Of a stretch of 64,000 nt of DNA, positions 26,644-38,683 are shown piece by piece. The notes under the pieces were generated by a model, which saw only the letters and a program-made list of their open reading frames with translations, made no database searches and was not told where the DNA came from. Position numbers and translations under genes: made by a program. The DNA is taken from the IMG/VR virus record IMGVR_UViG_3300032401_000690, positions 64,001 to 128,000 of that record, one strand, 5' to 3'. How positions within the stretch are numbered: the first letter of the stretch is position 1; each line of letters starts with the position of its first letter. The DNA is from a virus.

Positions 26644-29600
26644 ATGTCAGATAGTATATTATCATTTGCGTCATCGTCATCATTTAGAAACAAATTAATT
26701 GCGAGGAATTTAGCACCTTATCAGGTGCAAGGTGCGTATACTGCCCCTTCTGGAAATGTAACTTATGAGGCAACACCATTAGCGGATAGTAATGTAATTG
26801 ACTCACCTGATACGTTAATTTCAACAAATCAAGGGGCAAATCAACTTTATACGTTAAATGAGTATGGTCCTGAAGGTGGGTATAGTGGAAAATATAATGT
26901 ACCGGGAGCACCTTACCCTGTTGAACCAAATAAAGGACCTTACGATCCAAATGATACGATATTAGATTTAATTAACGAATTTTATATTGATACCGCATAT
27001 ATTCAAAATAAATATGGACCTGAAGGTGGGTATAAAGATTTGGTCGTTGTTACAGATGTTATTACATCAGGTAAGATGTATTTACCATATTGGGATCCAT
27101 CAATTTTTGTTCCATCATTTTATTCTCCGTATGAAATATTAAGTAGTAGTAATCCAAATGGATCTAGTGGGTCTTTATCACAAGATTCATATCTTGCAAA
27201 GATTGGAGCGGCACAACTAAAGGGGTATTTTGAGGATAGGATTGCATTAGAAATCCAACAAATGACAATTGGGTCAATTAATTTGGATACGTTGTCTGAT
27301 CCGTTCAGTGCGAGTTTATTGGCATCAGGACAACAACCATTTTTCATTAAAAATTGGAAAATTACGGTACCTGAAAGTCCGGTATTTGCCGCAATATCAT
27401 TTGCAAATAGATTAACGGGGACATATTTTCCTGTTTCATTTATTCCTGGTGATTATTTTGATGAGAATGATCCTGTTGGTAATGTTCCATCATCATTAAA
27501 TACGGCTAATAATTTAACGGGTGGTGCTTTAGGACCTATATTAAATAAATTTAGAAATCCGTCAGAGATATTTTTGGCAAATACGGGTAATGGACAACAA
27601 TCAGTATTGTTTGCAACATTAGATTATAATATATATAGACCACAATACCAAAAGAACCTCATCCAAGGGGTGTCAAGTGCAATCAATAACTTATTTGGTG
27701 GAGGGTCGGCATCTGTTGGTGGTTATTATGTTGGTAGTGTTGATTCGGAACCAAGTCAAATTACAACACCCGCAAATGAAGTTGCCGTTGATAGATTTGG
27801 TAAACAGGTTGGAACTATTGTTTATGGTCCTGATGAACTTGCCAAACTATATGAAGGCAATGAGGATAAAATAAATTTTGGATTAAAGGCGAAATCATAT
27901 ACTGATGGTGATGGTACGGATGGTAAATTTGTATGGACATCACCAAAATATAAAGACAATGCAGGATTTAAGGTTGGACCTGGTGGGCAGAACTTCCAAA
28001 AAGATGAAGAGTTTAACATTATTGAAAGTCAATACGGACAAAACCTTTCAACGGGTATAGAATATAAGGGAGGATCTATTTTAGATAACACCCAACGAAT
28101 TGTACAGGCCGCGGACAATGTCCAAGGTGCAAAAAGATTAAAACACGTTGGTAACGCAATTAATCAAGTGTCAAAAGTATTCAACGATGGATATAAAGAG
28201 ATGACTAAAGGATCACAAGTTATTGCATATTACGATCAAAGTACGGGTGAAAATACAATTGGTGTTAGTGGTTTTGAAGTTGGTAAAGAATATTGTAGAG
28301 TATTCCAAAAAGACACACCATATTTAACATACGCCGATTTACAAAAAACTGATGGTATAACAACATCAGGTAGAAAGTTTAGTTATTCTATCTTTGATAA
28401 TACCTATAACTTGAATATTGCACCAATAAGAAATCCGGGATCAACAAATATTGTTGATGGTAAAGTTAAAAAATATATGTTCTCATTGGAGAATTTGGCG
28501 TGGAGAACATCAGATCAACCAGGTTTTACATATGATGATTTACCTACTTGTGAAAAAGGTCAAAATGGGGGTAGAATAATGTGGTTTCCACCTTATGATA
28601 TAACATTTAGTGAGGATAGTAAGGCAAATTGGAACCCTACATCATTTTTGGGTAGACCTGAACCAATATATACCTATAAGAATACGACAAGAACGGGAAG
28701 TTTAAGTTGGAAGATAGTTGTTGATTCACCCGCGATGATGAACACAATTGTTGAAAAACAATTAGCAAATAGAAGTTCTCAAGAGATAAATTCTATTATG
28801 GATTCATTTTTTGCGGGATGTGTTAAATACGATATCTATGATTTGGCAGCAAAATTTAATACAATACCGACAAGTGAGTTATATACATATCAACAAATAC
28901 TTAATGACCCAAGATTAACACCTGAAGAATATAATAATATAATAAAAGAAGTTCCGGTGGATAAGGAAAGTGGTACGGTTACTGCTCCTGGTAAAGGAGC
29001 TGACGATGGTCCTGGAACTAAAACCGACAATAAAGATACGGTAGTTGCGAATGCTACTGATCCAATATCATTAGATGTGTTAAATGCATATTTAGGTTAT
29101 GGGTTTTATTTTGAAAATGATTCACCATATTATAATCCAAACATTAAAAACCCTTCGGCTGATGATGAATGGAAAATTCAAGGACCATTAGGAAGACCAC
29201 CGGCATCACAAGTTGATGGATCATCATTCACTTATGTTGATTACTATAATTATTATATTGGATTACAGGGGACATATAATACTAAGGCACCTGAAATTGT
29301 TTGGGCATCAACTGGATCAACTTTAGATCAAGGAACAACATTTACTAAAAGTGCTATTGACCCATTCTTTTCTGATGTTGTTAAATATAATTTTGAAACA
29401 TTACAAAAGGATTTTATTACATCATTAACAAAAATTCTTGTGGATATGAAAGGTAGTGTTACTATTACGATGGAAGGATCCGCATCACCAATTCAAAATG
29501 AGACCTATAATAAATTTCTTTCTGATAGAAGAATTAATTCAGTTATTGCGTGGTTAGCAAGTTTAGATTTTGGGGAACTTAAAGGTCAAAAATATATTGA

Positions 29601-31743
29601 TGATAAAAAATTAAATGTTATAGCATCAAGTTTGGGTGAAGTTGCAAATGTTACACCAAAAACAAAAAATGGTCCTTTTTCGTCAATTAATTGTCACGAA
29701 AATGTTCGTAACGATAGTAAAACCGGAAAGGTTGTTAATACTGGTGGTCAGTGGTATTCGGCACCGGCAATGGCTTGTAGAAGAGTTTATATTAAGACCA
29801 TTGTTGCAACCGGAATACCTGAAAGTCCTGTTGTTGATGATCCTGTTGTTATTGAACCAATACCTGTCGTTGTTATTGAGGGTACAGTAATAGGTAATAC
29901 AGACCCGATATATGTACCCCCACTTAAAGTTGCTCCAGTACCTGATATTAAACAATCGGTTAAAGATGGGATATCAAAAAAAGTATTGAGACATATGTTT
30001 TCTGAATGTGATTATTTTGAGGTAATAAAGGAAACTAACCCTATGGTGTTTGATAGTATTAAAGATAAAATTAAATACTTTAATCCGGCATTTCACTCTA
30101 TGACACCTGAAGGTTTAAATGCTAGATTAACATTCCTTAATCAATGCATGAGACCGGGTCAAACAATACCTGTTATTGGTCCTGATGGTAAACCAAAGTA
30201 TAACGATGCGTTAAATACATCGTTTGGTGCACCACCCGTTTTGGTATTAAGAATTGGGGATTTTTATAATACAAAAATTATACCTAACTCACTTGGTATT
30301 ACATTTGATCCGTTGGTATTTGATATTAACCCTGAAGGTATTGGTGTTCAACCGATGATTGCAAAAATTAGTTTGGGGTTTGATTTTATTGGTGGTCACG
30401 GAATTGCGGGACCTGTTAAGGAACTTCAAAACGCATTGTCTTTTAATTATTATGCGAATACCGAAATATATGATGAAAGATCGGTTGCAACGGAGAATAC
30501 TTCTGAACGAGATAATACTTTAGTGAAGGCAATTATTAAAGATGGGTCAGTTAATGGTAATCCACTTATGGCAAACCAAGTTGATAATCAAATTCCACAA
30601 AAGGGTGGAAGTACTGTTGGTACCATATTATCAACAACAACATCATCTGACGGATCTTTTGCTGAAGGAGATATTGAATATAAAACATTAATGAGTGATT
30701 TATCAACAGGAACTCAAACTTATTTTAAAACAATATTTAATCAGTTGAAAACACTTACTTCAACCACAAATGGCGGTATAATGTCATTATCAAGTACTGA
30801 TATGGAATTTAATAATGGTGTTTTTAATGAATATGATGCGGTACCAACTAATGTGGATATATACGGTAAGTCAAATAGTGTTGAAAAATACATTGAAAGT
30901 TTGGTTAAACAAACAAAAAAAGATGTTAATGATGAGGTGTCTCCGATAATTTCTGATATTGTTGGTAGTAGTAAGGGTTATCAAAGTTCATTAAAAAGAG
31001 AACTTAAAGACAATATGGGAAAAGAGGTTGAAAAGGCGGAAACTGAATTAAATGGTATTGTTATTGGACCAATAAATGAAATGACTTCCTATCAAGAAGG
31101 GTTTAATTATACGTTAAGAAAGTTGGACGTAATATGTGATGGTATTGACGGTATTAAATTGGGTACGGGAGATTATAAAGTTTATTCGTTAAGTGGTGAT
31201 AGTGTTATAAGTAATATAAAGGATGTATATGTATTTACCGCTGGAACACAGATTACAAGTTTTTTAAATGATTTTCTAAGAGATAAACTTTTTGAAAAAT
31301 TAGTATATAAAAAAGATGAAAATAATTTTGTTGGGATTACCGCAATGTCGATTCCTGAAAGTAGATTTTATATGGCAATGTCCCACATATTTTTGGATGA
31401 TAATAAATATAATGCATTTGTTACGTCATTAACGACAAGTAAAAAAATTAAAGAATCTGAAACAACAATTGTTGATGATATAAAAAAATATTGTGAAATT
31501 TTTAAGGTTAAATGTAAAGCAGAACACGATGCTGAAATAAAATTATTTAATGATATAGAAACATCTGAAGAGTATAAAAAATATGAAACCTTTAAACTTG
31601 TGGAGTTTGATAGTAAAGTACAATATACTACAGAAAAAACCGGAAATAATTTACAGAAGATAAATAGAATTAAAAATTTATATCTTGATGTGAATGTTAA
31701 GACAAGTAATAAAACATATAATGGTAAAGTTAAATTTAATTAA
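26644..31743 (+). CDS. Large tail/baseplate protein with an internal OmpA-C-like domain
   Basis: 1699 aa. WFPPY...FLGRPEPIYTY tube-initiator-like motif. ITMEGSAS...YNKFLSDRRINSV...RRV OmpA-like motif. Confidence 0.55.
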   Translation: MSDSILSFASSSSFRNKLIARNLAPYQVQGAYTAPSGNVTYEATPLADSNVIDSPDTLISTNQGANQLYTLNEYGPEGGYSGKYNVPGAPYPVEPNKGPYDPNDTILDLINEFYIDTAYIQNKYGPEGGYKDLVVVTDVITSGKMYLPYWDPSIFVPSFYSPYEILSSSNPNGSSGSLSQDSYLAKIGAAQLKGYFEDRIALEIQQMTIGSINLDTLSDPFSASLLASGQQPFFIKNWKITVPESPVFAAISFANRLTGTYFPVSFIPGDYFDENDPVGNVPSSLNTANNLTGGALGPILNKFRNPSEIFLANTGNGQQSVLFATLDYNIYRPQYQKNLIQGVSSAINNLFGGGSASVGGYYVGSVDSEPSQITTPANEVAVDRFGKQVGTIVYGPDELAKLYEGNEDKINFGLKAKSYTDGDGTDGKFVWTSPKYKDNAGFKVGPGGQNFQKDEEFNIIESQYGQNLSTGIEYKGGSILDNTQRIVQAADNVQGAKRLKHVGNAINQVSKVFNDGYKEMTKGSQVIAYYDQSTGENTIGVSGFEVGKEYCRVFQKDTPYLTYADLQKTDGITTSGRKFSYSIFDNTYNLNIAPIRNPGSTNIVDGKVKKYMFSLENLAWRTSDQPGFTYDDLPTCEKGQNGGRIMWFPPYDITFSEDSKANWNPTSFLGRPEPIYTYKNTTRTGSLSWKIVVDSPAMMNTIVEKQLANRSSQEINSIMDSFFAGCVKYDIYDLAAKFNTIPTSELYTYQQILNDPRLTPEEYNNIIKEVPVDKESGTVTAPGKGADDGPGTKTDNKDTVVANATDPISLDVLNAYLGYGFYFENDSPYYNPNIKNPSADDEWKIQGPLGRPPASQVDGSSFTYVDYYNYYIGLQGTYNTKAPEIVWASTGSTLDQGTTFTKSAIDPFFSDVVKYNFETLQKDFITSLTKILVDMKGSVTITMEGSASPIQNETYNKFLSDRRINSVIAWLASLDFGELKGQKYIDDKKLNVIASSLGEVANVTPKTKNGPFSSINCHENVRNDSKTGKVVNTGGQWYSAPAMACRRVYIKTIVATGIPESPVVDDPVVIEPIPVVVIEGTVIGNTDPIYVPPLKVAPVPDIKQSVKDGISKKVLRHMFSECDYFEVIKETNPMVFDSIKDKIKYFNPAFHSMTPEGLNARLTFLNQCMRPGQTIPVIGPDGKPKYNDALNTSFGAPPVLVLRIGDFYNTKIIPNSLGITFDPLVFDINPEGIGVQPMIAKISLGFDFIGGHGIAGPVKELQNALSFNYYANTEIYDERSVATENTSERDNTLVKAIIKDGSVNGNPLMANQVDNQIPQKGGSTVGTILSTTTSSDGSFAEGDIEYKTLMSDLSTGTQTYFKTIFNQLKTLTSTTNGGIMSLSSTDMEFNNGVFNEYDAVPTNVDIYGKSNSVEKYIESLVKQTKKDVNDEVSPIISDIVGSSKGYQSSLKRELKDNMGKEVEKAETELNGIVIGPINEMTSYQEGFNYTLRKLDVICDGIDGIKLGTGDYKVYSLSGDSVISNIKDVYVFTAGTQITSFLNDFLRDKLFEKLVYKKDENNFVGITAMSIPESRFYMAMSHIFLDDNKYNAFVTSLTTSKKIKESETTIVDDIKKYCEIFKVKCKAEHDAEIKLFNDIETSEEYKKYETFKLVEFDSKVQYTTEKTGNNLQKINRIKNLYLDVNVKTSNKTYNGKVKFN

Positions 31744-31745
31744 TA

Positions 31746-32069
31746 ATGGCATTACAATATTATAATAGATACAATCAATTTTTACAAGATGGACAACAAA
31801 CAGTTGTTCCTTATATTAACTTGCCGATAAAATCGTCTGATAAACTCTATATATATAAAGTTGGAATTTCAAGGTTGGATAAAGTATCTCAACAATTTTA
31901 TGGAACACCCTTTTTTGGTTGGTTAATACTACAAGCAAACCCACAATTTACGGGTTTTGAGTTTAACATACCTGACGCGGCTATCTTGACAATTCCATAT
32001 CCTTTGTTAAGTTCATTACAAGACTATAAAAATACATTAGAAAATCATTTCTTCTACTATGGCAGATAA
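31746..32069 (+). CDS. LysM/gp53-like baseplate wedge protein
   Basis: RLDKVSQQFYG....WLILQANP...LTIP. Confidence 0.7.
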   Translation: MALQYYNRYNQFLQDGQQTVVPYINLPIKSSDKLYIYKVGISRLDKVSQQFYGTPFFGWLILQANPQFTGFEFNIPDAAILTIPYPLLSSLQDYKNTLENHFFYYGR

Positions 32070-35000
32070 CGGGGAAAATATATTAGTAGAGTTTGATTAC
32101 CAAAACATTACAGTAATAGATCCAAATAAAATTATTGATAAAGATGGTAAACCACAACAAAGACTCATAAATCACGAAGATCTCGTTATGTATGCTAATT
32201 TGGAGTGCACGGTACTACCAAGAACAAAATTGGCACTTGGGGCACCATTAAGTGATACAATTAGAACTGTTTCAGTTGCAAGTATGAACTTCTTGAATCC
32301 TGGAAATAAAACTTTTTTGGATGACGATTGGTCGGACGAAATTACCGGTAAAAACACCCTACAAGGTAAAGGGGTTAATCAGAAAAAATCTAATATCATA
32401 CCGGGAAATACTTCAAATATTGATAAGAGTGATGATTATTATATAACCCAAACATTGGTTTCAAACGGTAATCCCGGAGCGGTAGATAATGGTTTATTGG
32501 GAATTACACAAATTAATATAAGTTATAGTACGGATTTTATGCCCATAATTGATGTTACATTGGAAGATGTTAAAGGTCGGGCATTGTTTGAGGGTGGAAA
32601 TAATTCACCATATGCAGCATTTTTCCAATTACCATATCCACTATTTTATTTAACAATAAAGGGTTATTTGGGTAAAGCGGTTAGATTACCATTAATGTTA
32701 GTTACATTTAATGCCTCTTTTGATCCTGGTTCAGGAAACTTTAGGGTTCAGTTAAAATTATATACATATAAGTATACTATTATGTCCAGCGTAAATTGGG
32801 GTGGAATGATGGCGGCACCATTAATGTATCAATCAAATGTTAAAACAAAACAAACTACTACCACAAAAAATGGTAATGGTAATGATAAGGTTACAAGTTC
32901 TTGGTCAAGTACTGGTTTTGCAAAAATGAAAGAACTTTACGCGACATATAAATCCAAAGGATTAATTGACGATGGTTTTCCTGAAATAACATTACAAGAA
33001 TTAAAGGTTAGATTAGATACATTCCTTAAAAATATAATTGAGGAGTATTCAAAAACAAATATGGATGTTCTTAATAAACTTGAAGAATATGCAAAAAATC
33101 TAACAGAATACGAACAAAAAGTTTATATATATTCTGGTGAAGATGCTTGGGCAAAAAAATATTTAGATTTTACTGATGTTTTTATTACAAAACCAACTAA
33201 CACTCAAAAAGATGGTCTTACATTATATAAATTTAAAAAAGAATATGATACTGCAGAAAAGAGACAATTAGCCTTAACGGTATTAGACGGACTTGTAATA
33301 TCTTATAATGGGTTACTTAAGGGAAATGCGACACTTGGTGATAATAAACCAAATAGTATTCCGGTGAATATTGTTTTAGATTTGAAAAAAAATGTTAGTA
33401 CATTTTACAGTAATGCGACAGTTACGGATATTGATTTAGTTAAAACATATTTCACAAGATCAAATAAAAAAATAACGGAAGAAGAAAAAGCAACATTTGA
33501 GGCAAAAGTAAAACTTGAATTTAATTCAAGTCAATTATTTTTCTTTGAGGGTAAAGGGTCATTTATAGATCAAACATCCACAATAGCCGAAAATTTTCAA
33601 ATACAAAAACAAAAGATTGAGGAAGGTATTGCTAAAGATTTAACTAACAAGATTGGTGCAACCTTTAAATCTGACGGAAAAGGTGGTGGAAGTGGTGGTA
33701 TTGGTTTTGCTCCAACCATTAGAAACGTTCTTGCGGTGTTTTTTGCACAAGGTGAGGCATTTTTACGCTTACTTGATGATGTTCATACAAAGGCGTGGGA
33801 TCTTAGAGATAGTCCATTAAGAAAAAATGCAATACTATCTAATTCATCTACCGTTAATAGTGTTGACCTTAAAGATTTAAGTATTGAAAAAACACCAATA
33901 TACCCTTGGCCTCAATTGATTGTTGAAAACAATCTAAAAGAAGATGGGGAAAGGTTTGAATTAATGTATCCGGGACATCCATCAATTGCAACAAAAGTAA
34001 GAGCGTTTTCTCCTGAAATATGGCCTGAAGTTCAGTTTGTTGAGGAGTTTATTAAAGGAACTGTTGAGAGATCGGTTAAACAGGATTTCCCTGGGTCAGT
34101 TACAAATTCAGAAACAAAACCAAGTAGATTAAGTTTTAATGCTATTGAATTCCCAATTAGTAATGAAGTATATCAAAATACGGAAGAAGTTAAATTTTTC
34201 TATGAGATTTATGAAAGAATGTTATTGAACTCATTCTACAGTAAATTAAGTAGAGATTCAAATATTGATTTTAATATGAAGGAATATTACGCAGAATGTG
34301 AAGTATTAGATATTATTACTGCGTTGGGGTCTGATAACCCTTATTTAACAAAAAAATTAAAAGAATATAATTTAACTTCAGGTTCGTATTTAGCGTTCTT
34401 AAAACACATATCAAACGAAGGGTCGGGAGAATCTTGGCAAAACTTTGTTAGAGGAGAATTTAACACATCATATATAAAAAATGAAGTTAATAGTTCTTTT
34501 GGGTTATTAAGTGGGGACATTATTGATAATGATAAATCAATGCCATTACTATCGTTAAAGGATGTCTCACAATCTACAGAATATTTTGGAGATAATAATA
34601 ATATTGAAAATTATGATTTTACCGACCTATATCCTATAACAAATTTGGGGTGGGATAACACTTATTTGGCAAACGCAAAGGGAATACAAAAAGCTGAAAA
34701 CATATTTAAAACAACACAAGTTTTAGAATATAATAACACTAATAAAATTATCACAAATTATTTAAATAAGGGTAAGGGTAAAGATCCTATCACAAACTTC
34801 AACTACAAACCGGCAATTTTTAGTCAAACAATAGATTTTACACTATTAGATCTAAAGGTCTTTTATAAAAATAGGAAATTTGAAGATCAATTTATTACGG
34901 AAGGAAACATATATTATTCTAATTATGAAAACAAATTAGATGCCGATCAAACTACATCTATGTTAAACACTCCTTATTTTGTTAATGCAATACAACAAGG

Positions 35001-38000
35001 TGTATATAATTTTAGGTATAAGTCAAACGATCAATCACCATATAAATCTGCGGCATTTTTATTCTTGAATAGTTTGCCGTTGGCAACTCTTAAGGAAAAA
35101 TATAAGGAATATGGGGATAACGCAAGTACCAAGGAACTTGATTATATTATATCAACATTTAAGAAATTTGGTGCGGTTCATGAATTACCATATGCTTGGA
35201 TATTAAAATATGGGTCAATTTGGCATCGTTATAAAACGTGGAAGGAAACGGGTGTTGATATATTAAGTGAGGTATGGACGGACTATAATTATGCTTATAA
35301 TTACGACCCAACAAATAGTGCTACAACAAAAAATTATACGGTAACAATAAATGGTGTTACTAAAGAAATTATCTTACAAGATAATTTTACAAGTGGTCTT
35401 TTAACTCAAACAAAAATAAATCCTGGGTTTTACCCAAGGACTATTGATGATTTTAATGTTTTTTTACAGGGACAAAAAGTGTTCGGGGCAATACCACAAT
35501 TAATAAATGGTACTTGTACTGTAAGTGGAACAACACTTGAAATTACATCAATTAATTCCAACGATATTTTTACTGGTGCCGTTTTATCGGGGAGTGGTTT
35601 ATCTATTGGTACAACAATATTAGATCAATTAAATGGAACTGCCGGTGGTATTGGAACATATGTTATTAGTCCATTACAGACTTCAGGAACAACACAATTT
35701 GTGGTAACCAATAACAACGCAAATGGATATACTAGTGGTGAAATACAAGGTGCGATTGATAACGGACTATCGTTGGTTAATACAACAGATTCTGTAATAA
35801 CTAAAACTCCAGGTTTTGATCTTGGGTCTATAACTAGAGGTTTAAGTATAACACCTTGGAGTTGTTATGTTGCAACAACTGATGGTGAATCAATATATCC
35901 TATGCCGTCATTTGGATCTACGATAAATCAAACACTTGTTGAATGTTTTAGACCTAATGGAACACTGAAGACTGAAGTTTCAAATAATGGTGCGATGTAT
36001 AACGGTTCGGTTAGGACATTTTGGAAAGCACCCAATTATGGGTATTTTGATAATTCAAGATTATCAATACCATCACCAGATAGTTATTTAAAGGAAGTAT
36101 TTAACGATGTTGCAATACAACAAAACTTCTCAATTAATGGGGAAACAAATAAATATTCAACAATAAGTGAATTATTTACAACCTTTAATAAAGAAATATT
36201 AGATATTCTTGAAACTGAATTTTTAAATTTTAGTAGATCAGAATATGATTATAACTCAACTTTATCTTCAAATGATGAACTTGACTCAAGTAAACAAAAT
36301 AAAAATTTCCAATCTTTGATGAGGGTTGTTATGAAATTACCAAAACCATCACCAACTAGTACAAATGGTAATTCTATTGTAAAAGAAATACAGGAAAATC
36401 AAATAACTAATTTTACTAGTTATTTAACTACGTTTATGGAATATAAAGTTGTAATGAAGTATGGTAACCCATCAAATTACGATAAAAAATTATTCTATAC
36501 ATTCTCTAATCAATTTATTATTGACCCATATTCTTATCAGGGTTATAATCAAAACTCACCAAATAGTTTACCAACTGCGGGTGGAACTTTAACGTTATCT
36601 CAATCTAAAACGCAATATCCTGAAACGTGGAAAACTTTGGAAACATATATTGGTTTTTCTGAAATACCTGAATTAGTATATTCTGATAATGGATCTTATA
36701 TTACTGACTTTTTTGTTGATATTGATGTTGAATTTAGTGAGAACAATATAAAGAATTTTGCACCAATTATTAAAATGTATGCAACTCAGAAACTACAAAA
36801 TAGTGCAATCACTAAGGTTGAGTTTTATAGTTTAATGGATACCTATCTTACAAAAAACACAACATATTTAAATACTGTCTTGGATTTAGAATTAACTAGA
36901 TTGAGAAAAGAGTTACCTACCATTGAAATAACCAGTGCGGATGGTAATGTTAAGTCGGATCTTGAAGGTGAACAAACTAGATATGAATTGTGGGATTTAT
37001 TTAAAACAATAAACGATACTTGGATTTCAGGGGCTGACTTTAAAAGTAAAACATTATTTGAAGATGTTTTAATAATGGATAGGGCAAGTAGGGATGTTGG
37101 TCAGAAAGTGTTTGTAGATATTTTTATGTTAAAGAATTTAATGGAAAACGCTAATTATGCAAATAAATTACTTGATATTGTCCAATCAATTTTAACTGCT
37201 AATAATTTTGTAAACTTTACATTACCTGCTTATGCCAATTTCTATAATGTAAAAGATGTGAGTAAAAATCCATCACCAAAACCTGAAGGAACACTAGAAT
37301 TTGCAAACACTTTATTTGGGACATTTTTAGATGTTGATTATAGAGAAACATCGGCAAAGTTTCTTTGTTTGTATAGTAATCCCCCAAGTAAACATTTGGC
37401 GATGAATGAAAATACTGATTATAGATATAGGGACGATGCGTTTGATTTAAGGAGAGCAACTGATAATCCTTTGTTGGAAAATCAAGATGGTAAAACTAAT
37501 TGGGATAAATCAAATAAGGTAGTTGGGTTTAATGTTGATATTGGACCACAAAATCAACAAATATTTAAACAGATTGATATTTCTCAAGACCCGGGATTAC
37601 CAACAAGTGAGTCGTTAGAGGTATTAAACCAAATGGCGAATTTAGATCAAAATAGAGGTGGGTATACACAAAGTGTTTCATTATATAACTTATATAAAAA
37701 TAGAAGTTATAGGTGTAGTATTGATATGATGGGTAATGCTCTTATGCAACCTATGATGTATTTTAATTTACGAAATGTTCCTATGTTTAGTGGGCCATAT
37801 ATGATCACTAAAGTTTCTCATAGAATAGGTTTAGATGGGTTTGATACAACAATAGAAGGTCAAAGACAACCATTCTATAGTATTCCTAAAATTGAGTCAT
37901 TTATACAGTCGTTAAGTACAAAAATACTTTCAAACATTAGAGAGAAAGTAGAACAAAATAATAAGGAGATAAATGCGACAACAACAAATGTTATTAGTCA

Positions 38001-38628
38001 AACAAATAATGTTGTGAATAATAGTAATATGACTGTTGGTTTAAGTCCAAATCAAGAATGTAGTGATAATTTAAATTCTGATTATAAAAATAAAAATTAT
38101 GTAACGGCAACACCACAAAAAAACACAATTACAATTAAAGAAGCAATAACATTAATTAATAAGAAAATTAATGAGTTAAACCCACCAAATAAAGAAGATT
38201 TAGCGTTATTAATTTATTCCATAATGTCATTAAGGTTAAGTACTAAATTTAGTGGTTATGGTAATAATTATGGTGTTATACCATTAACATCATCATATGG
38301 TGGTTCAGATGTTAGTTTTAGTAAGACATATTTCTGTGATACTAATAAAACTCCAATAGTTATTTTTAATACTCCTGATTTATTTATGGATTTTATGGTT
38401 AGTAAATATGGTACTCAGATGGTGGCATTAAACGCTTATTTATTGAATTTTACGACTTATCTTGATCCCCAACAATTGGCTAAAGCGATTGTTAAATTCT
38501 ATGTTATTAATTTCCCATCAATAAGTGATAATAATGTATACGACAAATTACCTGAAGATGATAAAATTAAATATGAGAATATTGTTATTAACGCAATTAA
38601 GGAATATAGGTTAAATGTGGGTCAATAA
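32059..38628 (+). CDS. Very large baseplate hub-like virion protein
   Basis: 2189 aa. C-terminal MMGNALMQP...GPYMITKVSHRI...TTIEG resembles gp27/VgrG-type hub ends. Position after the LysM gene. Confidence 0.55.
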   Translation: MADNGENILVEFDYQNITVIDPNKIIDKDGKPQQRLINHEDLVMYANLECTVLPRTKLALGAPLSDTIRTVSVASMNFLNPGNKTFLDDDWSDEITGKNTLQGKGVNQKKSNIIPGNTSNIDKSDDYYITQTLVSNGNPGAVDNGLLGITQINISYSTDFMPIIDVTLEDVKGRALFEGGNNSPYAAFFQLPYPLFYLTIKGYLGKAVRLPLMLVTFNASFDPGSGNFRVQLKLYTYKYTIMSSVNWGGMMAAPLMYQSNVKTKQTTTTKNGNGNDKVTSSWSSTGFAKMKELYATYKSKGLIDDGFPEITLQELKVRLDTFLKNIIEEYSKTNMDVLNKLEEYAKNLTEYEQKVYIYSGEDAWAKKYLDFTDVFITKPTNTQKDGLTLYKFKKEYDTAEKRQLALTVLDGLVISYNGLLKGNATLGDNKPNSIPVNIVLDLKKNVSTFYSNATVTDIDLVKTYFTRSNKKITEEEKATFEAKVKLEFNSSQLFFFEGKGSFIDQTSTIAENFQIQKQKIEEGIAKDLTNKIGATFKSDGKGGGSGGIGFAPTIRNVLAVFFAQGEAFLRLLDDVHTKAWDLRDSPLRKNAILSNSSTVNSVDLKDLSIEKTPIYPWPQLIVENNLKEDGERFELMYPGHPSIATKVRAFSPEIWPEVQFVEEFIKGTVERSVKQDFPGSVTNSETKPSRLSFNAIEFPISNEVYQNTEEVKFFYEIYERMLLNSFYSKLSRDSNIDFNMKEYYAECEVLDIITALGSDNPYLTKKLKEYNLTSGSYLAFLKHISNEGSGESWQNFVRGEFNTSYIKNEVNSSFGLLSGDIIDNDKSMPLLSLKDVSQSTEYFGDNNNIENYDFTDLYPITNLGWDNTYLANAKGIQKAENIFKTTQVLEYNNTNKIITNYLNKGKGKDPITNFNYKPAIFSQTIDFTLLDLKVFYKNRKFEDQFITEGNIYYSNYENKLDADQTTSMLNTPYFVNAIQQGVYNFRYKSNDQSPYKSAAFLFLNSLPLATLKEKYKEYGDNASTKELDYIISTFKKFGAVHELPYAWILKYGSIWHRYKTWKETGVDILSEVWTDYNYAYNYDPTNSATTKNYTVTINGVTKEIILQDNFTSGLLTQTKINPGFYPRTIDDFNVFLQGQKVFGAIPQLINGTCTVSGTTLEITSINSNDIFTGAVLSGSGLSIGTTILDQLNGTAGGIGTYVISPLQTSGTTQFVVTNNNANGYTSGEIQGAIDNGLSLVNTTDSVITKTPGFDLGSITRGLSITPWSCYVATTDGESIYPMPSFGSTINQTLVECFRPNGTLKTEVSNNGAMYNGSVRTFWKAPNYGYFDNSRLSIPSPDSYLKEVFNDVAIQQNFSINGETNKYSTISELFTTFNKEILDILETEFLNFSRSEYDYNSTLSSNDELDSSKQNKNFQSLMRVVMKLPKPSPTSTNGNSIVKEIQENQITNFTSYLTTFMEYKVVMKYGNPSNYDKKLFYTFSNQFIIDPYSYQGYNQNSPNSLPTAGGTLTLSQSKTQYPETWKTLETYIGFSEIPELVYSDNGSYITDFFVDIDVEFSENNIKNFAPIIKMYATQKLQNSAITKVEFYSLMDTYLTKNTTYLNTVLDLELTRLRKELPTIEITSADGNVKSDLEGEQTRYELWDLFKTINDTWISGADFKSKTLFEDVLIMDRASRDVGQKVFVDIFMLKNLMENANYANKLLDIVQSILTANNFVNFTLPAYANFYNVKDVSKNPSPKPEGTLEFANTLFGTFLDVDYRETSAKFLCLYSNPPSKHLAMNENTDYRYRDDAFDLRRATDNPLLENQDGKTNWDKSNKVVGFNVDIGPQNQQIFKQIDISQDPGLPTSESLEVLNQMANLDQNRGGYTQSVSLYNLYKNRSYRCSIDMMGNALMQPMMYFNLRNVPMFSGPYMITKVSHRIGLDGFDTTIEGQRQPFYSIPKIESFIQSLSTKILSNIREKVEQNNKEINATTTNVISQTNNVVNNSNMTVGLSPNQECSDNLNSDYKNKNYVTATPQKNTITIKEAITLINKKINELNPPNKEDLALLIYSIMSLRLSTKFSGYGNNYGVIPLTSSYGGSDVSFSKTYFCDTNKTPIVIFNTPDLFMDFMVSKYGTQMVALNAYLLNFTTYLDPQQLAKAIVKFYVINFPSISDNNVYDKLPEDDKIKYENIVINAIKEYRLNVGQ

Positions 38629-38683
38629 TCTACCAACACATAAATTTTTTAATACTTAATGATATTTATATAAAAAAGAAATT

